Positions 1-5,761 of a stretch of 24,790 nt of DNA are shown piece by piece (position 1 is the stretch's first letter; each line of letters begins with the position of its first letter). This stretch comes from a virus (lineage: Duplodnaviria > Caudoviricetes): positions 1-24,790 of IMG/VR virus record IMGVR_UViG_3300032332_000233. One strand, 5' to 3'. Below the pieces are notes generated by a model, which worked only from the letters and a program-made list of their open reading frames with translations, searched no databases and was not told the origin of the DNA. Position numbers and translations under genes: made by a program.

Positions 1-704
1 ATCTCCTTGTTGGCCTTGATCTCTTCGAGGCGGGCGTTGACCGCGGCAATGAGGCGCTTGTCCTCGGCCGTGATGTCCTTGTTGGCCATGGCTTTCGGAA
101 TCCACACATCAGCCAGGCCGTTGACGGCCGACTCGGTGAGGTCGGAGATCGCCGTGCCTTTGAACTTGCCGACGTGCACCTGCACCCTGCTCAGGTCGAC
201 CTTGGCGGGCTCCTGGGGCTGCCCCTGCTCGTCCTTGGGCGGCCTGTCTTCCAAGCGTACCCACAGGCCCGACGGCTTGAGTGGCTCACCGACCTTGTGG
301 GGCATGATGAGTTTGATGTTGGCGAACGTCTTGGTGCCGTCCTGGCTCTTTTCATGGACGATCACCACGGTGGCAGGCTTTCCGATGAGGTTGTCAAGGT
401 TGAGGCTTGTGGTGTCCTCAGCGGTGAGAGCTCGGCCATACCAGTCCTTGAGGAACCGGGTCAGGCCTGCCTTTTCGTGCAAGCTGGCGGTCATTGGGGC
501 TGTCATTACCACCCAGGGCTGTACCGGGTTGCGGCTCTTGTCAATCAGGTCCAGCTCGAATGCGATTTTGAACTTTTGCTTGGTGCCATACTGCGTTTCG
601 TAGGCCTTGAGCGGCGTGATGTCGACGCATACTGCTCGGCCTGTGTATTCCGGGCACGGCTCGAAGTTGCCGCCGCCCTTGTTGCTTGTGACTGTGATTC
701 CCAT
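1..704 (-). CDS. Putative phage single-stranded DNA-binding protein (OB-fold/DUF669-like), truncated at the window edge
   Basis: Missing from the ORF track. Hand translation from ATG at 704 gives MGITVTSNKGGGNFEPCPEYTGRAVCVDI...SLHEKAGLTRFLKDWYGR...LDNLIGKPATVVIVH...KTFANIKLIMP, open to base 1. The pattern resembles phage SSB-like proteins, and an A/C-rich leader lies upstream. Confidence 0.65.
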   Translation of the reverse strand, partial: MGITVTSNKGGGNFEPCPEYTGRAVCVDITPLKAYETQYGTKQKFKIAFELDLIDKSRNPVQPWVVMTAPMTASLHEKAGLTRFLKDWYGRALTAEDTTSLNLDNLIGKPATVVIVHEKSQDGTKTFANIKLIMPHKVGEPLKPSGLWVRLEDRPPKDEQGQPQEPAKVDLSRVQVHVGKFKGTAISDLTESAVNGLADVWIPKAMANKDITAEDKRLIAAVNARLEEIKANKE

Positions 705-732
705 GTGTTGCTGTGTTGTCGTTGTTGTTGTG

Positions 733-924
733 TTATTTCGAGGCCTGCTTTTCGACCTCGGAAAGTTGCTTTGCCATCCGTGCGTATTGGCTCCAGTACT
801 CGGGCCAGGTGGCCTTGATGCGGTTTAGATTCTGCTGGTCGGCCACCAAGGCAGCGGCGCCCAGTTTCCGCACAAAGTTGCCGCCGTATTCCATCATAGT
901 CTCGATGGTCTTCTTGTCGGTCAC
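733..924 (-). CDS. Conserved phage hypothetical protein (63 aa)
   Basis: GTGA start overlaps the upstream stop. The YGGNFVRKL...AD..NLNRIKATWPEYW pattern recurs in small phage proteins. Confidence 0.7.
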   Translation of the reverse strand: MTDKKTIETMMEYGGNFVRKLGAAALVADQQNLNRIKATWPEYWSQYARMAKQLSEVEKQASK

Positions 925-1070
925 TTGGTTGCCTTTCCGCGTTTGCGCGTCCAGTAGGAGGTCGTTTCAATCTTCTTGGCACGCGCTGCCTTGAATGCTG
1001 CGCCCACTTCTCCGCGTGAAAGCACGCGCAGACCGTCGCCTTCACGCTGTATTTCCTTGGCTGATCTCAT
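921..1070 (-). CDS. Small basic hypothetical protein (49 aa)
   Basis: Hand translation MRSAKEIQREGDGLRVLSRGEVGAAFKAARAKKIETTSYWTRKRGKATK. It has an ATGA overlap upstream and a GTGA overlap downstream, filling the gap exactly. Confidence 0.65.
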   Translation of the reverse strand: MRSAKEIQREGDGLRVLSRGEVGAAFKAARAKKIETTSYWTRKRGKATK

Positions 1071-1285
1071 GGCTTTTCCGTAAGTGACTTGATGTATCGT
1101 TTCCGTTCAGCCGGTTTGGCGTCGATGATGTACTGTAAAGCTCCGCAAGCATTCACGCTTGCAGTGTGTTCCCAGTCCTCCTTCTTGTCGTACAATTCAT
1201 GCCATCGCTCGTTTGGAACGACGACGATTTGATTGGTTCGCTTGTGTCTGAAGATGAATGCGGCTGGTCCGATTGGTATGTTCAT
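1067..1285 (-). CDS. Hypothetical protein (72 aa)
   Basis: ATGA overlap at 1282-1285 with GGAGG upstream; MNIPIGPAAFIFRHKRT...TEKP. Confidence 0.7.
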   Translation of the reverse strand: MNIPIGPAAFIFRHKRTNQIVVVPNERWHELYDKKEDWEHTASVNACGALQYIIDAKPAERKRYIKSLTEKP

Positions 1286-1497
1286 CGTCCCTCCAACCAT
1301 TTCTTGAGGTCATGGAGTTCATCCACTTTGGCTTCGAGTTCTTTGATGCGCTTGTTCGCACCAACCAGTTGCCGCTCTAGCTGACGGGCGAATCCGATCT
1401 TCACGAACTGATTGAATCCCGCCGTGATGTATGGCTGCCGGTCTGTGCGCGGGGTTTTGCTGACGACCATTTTGTTGGCGTTAACAAGACGGCTCAC
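1282..1497 (-). CDS. Hypothetical coiled-coil protein (71 aa)
   Basis: GTG start inside the junction repeat; TPRTD...FARQLERQL...RIKELE motif related to ORF 2772-2984. Confidence 0.7.
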   Translation of the reverse strand: MSRLVNANKMVVSKTPRTDRQPYITAGFNQFVKIGFARQLERQLVGANKRIKELEAKVDELHDLKKWLEGR

Positions 1498-1685
1498 GGC
1501 TTGGCCTCCTTCCATTTAAACTCCGCTTCTCCACGTTCGTTCGCAACCCATTGAGCATGGCCTGTTTTCACCGCTGATGCTTTCCATGAGCTACTGGTTG
1601 ATATCGTTCCGAGCAACATACCAACAATAAACCCCAAACCGAGAGGGAGCATCAGAATTGGCCACGGGAAATATTTGTCACTCAC
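1494..1685 (-). CDS. Small membrane protein (63 aa), paralog of 2399-2587
   Basis: MSDKY, a hydrophobic segment, then GHAQWVA...FKWKEAKP. Confidence 0.75.
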   Translation of the reverse strand: MSDKYFPWPILMLPLGLGFIVGMLLGTISTSSSWKASAVKTGHAQWVANERGEAEFKWKEAKP

Positions 1686-1840
1686 GGCTTGGCCTCCTTG
1701 GCATACATTTCACGCAGCGAAATAATCACTTCGTTCTGTCGTTTGTTCTGTTCCTTTAGCCGCTCGTTCTCCCGCTCAATTTCAGAAATGAGTTCTTCAT
1801 TCAACTCAGCTATCGATACAAACTGTTCTAGGTCTGTCAT
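1682..1840 (-). CDS. Hypothetical coiled-coil protein (52 aa)
   Basis: ATGA overlap at 1837-1840 with AAGGA upstream; ends AKEAKP in the junction repeat. Confidence 0.7.
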   Translation of the reverse strand: MTDLEQFVSIAELNEELISEIERENERLKEQNKRQNEVIISLREMYAKEAKP

Positions 1841-2061
1841 AATTTGTCCTTCTTTGCTTTGTCCCACTCTCTAACTTTTTCGTGATAATCGGTGCTGTTG
1901 CGATGACTCAATAAGCAGTCACCGGCCTGAGCCAATCGATTGATGCGCTCGTTCAGTTTCTGAATCTCGTTAGCTGCTGCATCCATCATTATTGCGCGGT
2001 TGAACCACCCCACTTCTCGAAGTGACTGAGCGTCATTTCGTAGTTGTTCTTCGAGACTCAC
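1837..2061 (-). CDS. Hypothetical protein (74 aa)
   Basis: GTG start in the junction repeat; contains AANEIQKL...RINRLAQAGD. Confidence 0.7.
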   Translation of the reverse strand: MSLEEQLRNDAQSLREVGWFNRAIMMDAAANEIQKLNERINRLAQAGDCLLSHRNSTDYHEKVREWDKAKKDKL

Positions 2062-2402
2062 GGCTTGACCTCCTTTGTGTTGATCTTTGCGTCATCCCAA
2101 CCCTGCAGTAGATCGTCCATTCTGGTCGTCCTCATGCACGGCGAAGGAGGATTGATAAACTTGTACATTTCATCTCCCGCCTCTTCCAGCCGCTTTATGC
2201 GGTCCTCTTGCTCGCGAATCTTGGTGGCCTGTGCATCGGCCAGCCATTCCTCCTTCATCAGTCCAAGAACCATTTTCGCAGCGTCTGTGGCGGGTATGGA
2301 TTCGTTGACCGTGAATCCACCATCCAGATCGACCCGCATGATTTGGGTCGTTGGGTTGGATATCGGGTGGCTGTTGGTTGAAAAGTAGATTGGTTCGCTC
2401 AT
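2058..2402 (-). CDS. Hypothetical protein (114 aa)
   Basis: ATGA overlap at 2399-2402 with AAGGAG upstream; starts MSEPI, contains RIKRLEEAGD, ends KEVKP. Confidence 0.7.
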   Translation of the reverse strand: MSEPIYFSTNSHPISNPTTQIMRVDLDGGFTVNESIPATDAAKMVLGLMKEEWLADAQATKIREQEDRIKRLEEAGDEMYKFINPPSPCMRTTRMDDLLQGWDDAKINTKEVKP

Positions 2403-2587
2403 TTGCACTCCTTCCATTTGAATTGTGGACTACCGTTCTTGTCGGCCACCCATTCGGCATGGCCTTTAAGAACTGCTTCACGCTGTAGATTTTCGATGCC
2501 CCTGCTGAATCCAATCAGATTTGAAAATATGCAGGCAAACAGGATCAAGAGTATACACGGCATCACTGCCCAGTATTTGTCACTCAC
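2399..2587 (-). CDS. Small membrane protein (62 aa), paralog of 1494-1685
   Basis: MSDKY, a TM segment, then GHAEWVA...FKWKECK. Confidence 0.75.
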   Translation of the reverse strand: MSDKYWAVMPCILLILFACIFSNLIGFSRGIENLQREAVLKGHAEWVADKNGSPQFKWKECK

Positions 2588-2775
2588 GGCTTGGCCTCCC
2601 TCGCTTTGAGCATCGCGTCGGCTATTTCGTAAGCCTTACCAGATGCATTCTCTAAGCCCCATCCTCTGACAATCAATGCCTCTATCGCCTTACCGGCAAA
2701 GTAGTCGCGTAGGGTCATGCCCCACTCTGTTTCACTTGGAAACGCCGGTCCTCCGTCGTTGATTGGTTCGCTCAC
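2584..2775 (-). CDS. Widespread small phage hypothetical protein (63 aa)
   Basis: GGPAFP...GMTLRDYFA.KA...AYEIADAMLKAR signature common in small phage proteins. Confidence 0.8.
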   Translation of the reverse strand: MSEPINDGGPAFPSETEWGMTLRDYFAGKAIEALIVRGWGLENASGKAYEIADAMLKAREAKP

Positions 2776-2984
2776 GGCTTGGCCTCCTTGGCTTTGCGCC
2801 AGTGTTCAATTTGTACATACCAGTGCAGGAATGGTACGGCGTCACGGAGACAATCATCAGCCTCCTCCAACCGCTTGATGTGGTCATTGGCCGCGTTGAG
2901 TTCGCGTTCCAACTTCCTGCACAGCATACCCAAGTCGGCCACATTGTGCGGAGTCGAGTCTGATATCGGTGTGTCGCTGATCAC
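2772..2984 (-). CDS. Hypothetical coiled-coil protein (70 aa)
   Basis: GTGA overlap with the resolvase stop; SDTPISD...CRKLERELNAANDHIKRLEE; ends KEAKP. Confidence 0.75.
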   Translation of the reverse strand: MISDTPISDSTPHNVADLGMLCRKLERELNAANDHIKRLEEADDCLRDAVPFLHWYVQIEHWRKAKEAKP

Positions 2985-3436
2985 TTGAGCCCCTCCGTAA
3001 TCATGGCGTGCTCCAAGAGCAACACAGCGTCCGCGGTCTTCAGTGTGATGTGGATGCTAGGCTGACGCTGCTGCGCCAAGCCCTTTAGATGGCCCTTCCA
3101 GCCCTTTCCGTGCGTCTTTGAGGTGCCAGCCCCAATCGTCTTCTGCCAACGCTGTGGCGGCACCTCGATGCAGCGGGTGAGCATTGAGGCAATGAGCCCG
3201 TGCAGGAACCCTACGTTGCGCCCAAAGTTGAACATCGATGAACCCGGTGCTCCCTTTCCACCGATGTACCCGCCCACCTTCTCGATGTAAACCACATCCG
3301 ATTGCGACAGGTAGTTGATCACCACCTCCCGCACGTCGCCGTCGGTGTCGGGCATTGGCTCCAGGGTGACTCGGTTTGCTGCGTAGTGCGCCAGGCCGCC
3401 TGACAGGCCGGGATCTATTGCGAGGATGCGTTTCAT
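2981..3436 (-). CDS. RuvC-like Holliday junction resolvase (151 aa)
   Basis: MKRILAIDPGLSGG (catalytic D), VYIEKV (E), MFNFGRNVG, VPPQRWQK and TADAVLL (D). The ATG at 3436 overlaps the upstream stop. Confidence 0.88.
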   Translation of the reverse strand: MKRILAIDPGLSGGLAHYAANRVTLEPMPDTDGDVREVVINYLSQSDVVYIEKVGGYIGGKGAPGSSMFNFGRNVGFLHGLIASMLTRCIEVPPQRWQKTIGAGTSKTHGKGWKGHLKGLAQQRQPSIHITLKTADAVLLLEHAMITEGLK

Positions 3437-3570
3437 CGGGCGGCCTTCTTTAGCCAAGCAGCGATGGCCTTGTCGGCCACGGCCTGTAGTTTGAGGCCGG
3501 CAGCGAGGCAATGAGCCTTCAGCTTCTTGTGAGTGTCCATGTCGATGAGGATGGTTTTAGTTTTGGTCAT
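3433..3570 (-). CDS. Ribbon-helix-helix-like DNA-binding protein (45 aa)
   Basis: MTKTKTILIDMDTHKKLKAHCLAAGLKLQAVADKAIAAWL shows a beta strand followed by two helices; ATGA-coupled on both sides. Confidence 0.7.
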   Translation of the reverse strand: MTKTKTILIDMDTHKKLKAHCLAAGLKLQAVADKAIAAWLKKAAR

Positions 3571-3899
3571 TTGATCGCCTTCTTCACCTTGGCCCAGTAG
3601 GCCTCTGTGGCAGATTTGCGGTCGCCTGCAGGACCGCCATTCCAACGGCGGGCGAGCTGCTCGGTGGTGCAGTTCTTGCCATAGTGCTTCAGGTAGGCCT
3701 CGCACACAGCCCGGGCCGCCACCCTGTTGGTCATGTCTTGGTGCCGGTAGTGGCTCCCGGTGATCCGGTTCACATCGAGAACCACACCGCGGTGGATCTG
3801 CAGGGGGCCTATGGCGCGTCCGTTGTCGCCAATGGCTAGATCGTTGCCGGAGGACTCTACGATGATCAGGGCCGAGATAAGGTTGGAGAGAGTGGTCAT
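3567..3899 (-). CDS. Lysozyme-fold protein (lytic transglycosylase / destabilase-like), 110 aa
   Basis: ALIIVESSG (catalytic Glu), AIGPLQI and ARRWNGGP motifs. Start taken at MTTLSN (3899). Confidence 0.8.
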   Translation of the reverse strand: MTTLSNLISALIIVESSGNDLAIGDNGRAIGPLQIHRGVVLDVNRITGSHYRHQDMTNRVAARAVCEAYLKHYGKNCTTEQLARRWNGGPAGDRKSATEAYWAKVKKAIK

Positions 3900-3914
3900 G
3901 GTTTGGAGAGTTGT

Positions 3915-3987
3915 GCGCGTTGACCAGTCGCGCCCCTGGTTCCCTGTATTCCTCACAGGTCGGATGGGTGGCTTAATGGGCGCCACC
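3915..3987 (-). ncRNA. Candidate structured cis-RNA (two hairpins plus an H-type pseudoknot)
   Basis: Intergenic pairings GGTGGC/GCCACC, CCTGT/ACAGG and ACCAG/CTGGT; loop GCGCG is complementary to downstream CGCGC. Confidence 0.35.
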
Positions 3988-4001
3988 GGCCCTGAAAGGT
4001 G

Positions 4002-4202
4002 TCAGTTCGATGCCTTGAGAACCTGGAGCAAGGTTAGCATCCGTCCGTCGCTAACAAGGAAGGCGGTCTCACCGTTGGCGTAGCTGCCATCTGTACCTGT
4101 GATCCATGTCGCGCTGACCAAGAAAAGATTCTTCTTAGCCAGACGGCGAAGGGTTGAAGCGGAGAACTTGGAGCCGGCGATAGGATGGTGGGTTTTGCTC
4201 AT
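4002..4202 (-). CDS. Hypothetical protein (66 aa), first gene of the putative early operon
   Basis: ATG at 4202 after an A/C-rich leader (AAACCAAAGCAAAACATG); MSKTHHPIAGSKF... Confidence 0.6.
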   Translation of the reverse strand: MSKTHHPIAGSKFSASTLRRLAKKNLFLVSATWITGTDGSYANGETAFLVSDGRMLTLLQVLKASN

Positions 4203-4232
4203 GTTTTGCTTTGGTTTGCTGCTGTTGCTTTC

Positions 4233-4294
4233 GACGTGATCAAGATGAACGAGATCATGCATCACGTCTACAGAGAAAACCGTTTTTCTGTAGA
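4233..4294 (-). promoter_or_regulatory. Putative leftward sigma70-like promoter overlapped by two inverted repeats
   Basis: Minus-strand TAGACG (4265-4270), 17 nt, CATCTT (4242-4247). Inverted repeats gacgtgat/atcacgtc (4233-4240/4261-4268) and tctacaga(g)aaaac/gtttttctgtaga (4267-4294). Confidence 0.4.
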
Positions 4295-4334
4295 TTTTGA
4301 ATAAACACCAATGTTTACCGAGTCGAAACCGCTG

Positions 4335-4517
4335 TCACTTCTTGTCGATCAGCACGAATTTGGCGAAGAACTCGACCTTAGGACGGCAGTGGATTTGGCC
4401 GTCGTCGACCCTGCGGTAGACCACGGCGTCCCATTTGGTCTCGCCGACGCGCAGTTTGGCGTCGAGGCTGACTACTTCGACTTCGATGGATGGCTTGGAT
4501 TTGTTGAAGAAACGCAT
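4335..4517 (-). CDS. Small SH3-like / DUF1653-like protein (60 aa)
   Basis: AVVYRRVDDGQIHCRPKVEFFAKF resembles the VVY...G..WVRP..EF..KF DUF1653 pattern. Confidence 0.6.
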   Translation of the reverse strand: MRFFNKSKPSIEVEVVSLDAKLRVGETKWDAVVYRRVDDGQIHCRPKVEFFAKFVLIDKK

Positions 4518-4744
4518 CGGTAGTGGGGGATTGGGTAGGCTCCGCGGGTGGGTGTTTTAACTCGGAATCGCTCCATTTCCATCAGGCCAGACTCCATGCC
4601 CTGCAATAACATCTTGTTGGTTTGAGCAAGTCCAAGGCCCCACACAATGCCCCATTGCCGAGCGGTTTTCCACTCGGAATCAGGCACCTGAGTCTTTTTC
4701 TGAAGTTCGTCCCTGATGCGTCTTAGAAGCTCGGCAGATTCCAT
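4472..4744 (-). CDS. Hypothetical, possible winged-helix DNA-binding protein (90 aa)
   Basis: C-terminal part of track ORF 4472-5026, from MESAELLRR (ATG 4744); WKTARQWG...TNKMLLQG...GLMEMERFRV...PIPHYR. Confidence 0.65.
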   Translation of the reverse strand: MESAELLRRIRDELQKKTQVPDSEWKTARQWGIVWGLGLAQTNKMLLQGMESGLMEMERFRVKTPTRGAYPIPHYRCVSSTNPSHPSKSK

Positions 4745-5472
4745 AGCTTTTCCCCCTGTTTCCACTGATGAACGTAGAGCTGGGCGCTGTCTTCGGTGTA
4801 CTCGCCGAACACGATGCCATGGGACCACGCCAGTGTACCCCTCCTCCTTAGCGCGTAATCCATGCAAGGCGCGTCCGCCAGCGTCCCCGGGGACAAACAC
4901 ACCGGATGGTCGCTCCTGCGCCCTGTAGCCATGCCAGCGCGATGCGCGTGGGCCACCACGGTGTTGCCCCAAGTCTCCGCGGTGTCGCGCAGGAAGTTCT
5001 CGCCGTACAGAAGCCCATGGCCCCACTTGTAACCGCCTAGCGTGTACCAGGAACGAGGAAGCACATCGTGAGTCTTGATGATCGTGTGCGCGTGCCTTTC
5101 TATCGGCTCAAGCATCCGTTGCCACACGGCCTCCGCAAAGCCACGAACAACGGCATTGTGGTGGGTCAGTAGGCGACGGGCACGTTCATCATGATTCCCC
5201 ACGAGAAACACGGTGGGCCTCAAGGCCCCCAGAAACCTCCGCCCCTCGTCGATATCATCAAGGTAGTCGTCTGCTGCATCGGAGTCGCCATCGTTGTTCA
5301 GAGCGCCTGCTCTAAGACTCGCAAGATCATACGCATCCCCAAGGTGAATGACCTCATCGGGACGATACTGCTCCCGGAAGAGCAGTGCAGCAGCCAGCGC
5401 GTCACGGTTGGCCCGGTTGCCATGAGAGCATCCGATAGCCATGACACGCTTGCGTGCTGGAACAATGTTCAC
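4723..5472 (-). CDS. Calcineurin-like metallophosphoesterase
   Basis: Motifs GCSHG, HLGDAYD, GNHDER, WGHG and AHAHR in canonical order. Probable GTG start at 5472, because the longer start overlaps the divergent gene. Confidence 0.85.
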   Translation of the reverse strand: MNIVPARKRVMAIGCSHGNRANRDALAAALLFREQYRPDEVIHLGDAYDLASLRAGALNNDGDSDAADDYLDDIDEGRRFLGALRPTVFLVGNHDERARRLLTHHNAVVRGFAEAVWQRMLEPIERHAHTIIKTHDVLPRSWYTLGGYKWGHGLLYGENFLRDTAETWGNTVVAHAHRAGMATGRRSDHPVCLSPGTLADAPCMDYALRRRGTLAWSHGIVFGEYTEDSAQLYVHQWKQGEKLWNLPSF

Positions 5473-5512
5473 GGATGATTGCAAGCATTTTTTCCTTTTG
5501 ATTTCAAGCACT

Positions 5513-5761
5513 ATGGCAACACCTAGAGTCAGAATCACCGAACGGAAACTGCACCGTCACAAGGCAGACGGCCTGGCTTGGGTGGGCGGTGGACTGGTCG
5601 AGTTGGATCCTCGAATGACTGAACGATACAGGCTTGAGGTGCTGGTGCATGAACTGCTGCACCACATGCATCCAGAGTGGCTCGAGGATGAAGTCGAGCG
5701 CCACGGGCAATGGCTCGGTAAGATCCTGTGGAGGCAGGGGTATCGACGGGTCAAGAACTAG
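5513..5761 (+). CDS. Small HEXXH zincin-like metallopeptidase-domain protein (82 aa)
   Basis: GLAW...VELDPR...RLEVLVHELLHH...EDEVE. It fills the gap between minus-strand genes, and its stop overlaps the convergent stop in ctag (5758-5761). Confidence 0.75.
   Translation: MATPRVRITERKLHRHKADGLAWVGGGLVELDPRMTERYRLEVLVHELLHHMHPEWLEDEVERHGQWLGKILWRQGYRRVKN

Larger units (their letters stand above)
1493..2789 (-). repeat. Five dispersed copies of a ~19-bp gene-junction repeat (minus strand AAGGAGGCCAAGCCGTGAG)
   Basis: Plus-strand ctcacggcttggcctcctt at 1493-1511, 1681-1699 and 2771-2789; ctcacggcttgacctcctt at 2057-2075 (1 mismatch); ctcacggcttggcctcc at 2583-2599. Confidence 0.95.

Noticed and set aside
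7-818. Plus-strand ORFs 7-603 and 174-818
   Set aside because: Antisense shadows of the minus-strand SSB-like gene that runs off the window edge.
1493-2789. Junction repeats as a CRISPR array or integron attC sites
   Set aside because: Spacing is irregular (188-526 bp), the intervals are intact ORFs, the repeats are not palindromic, and there is no cas or integrase gene in the window.
4745-5026. N-terminal extension of track ORF 4472-5026
   Set aside because: Overlaps the phosphoesterase out of frame; the ATG at 4744 is a more plausible start.
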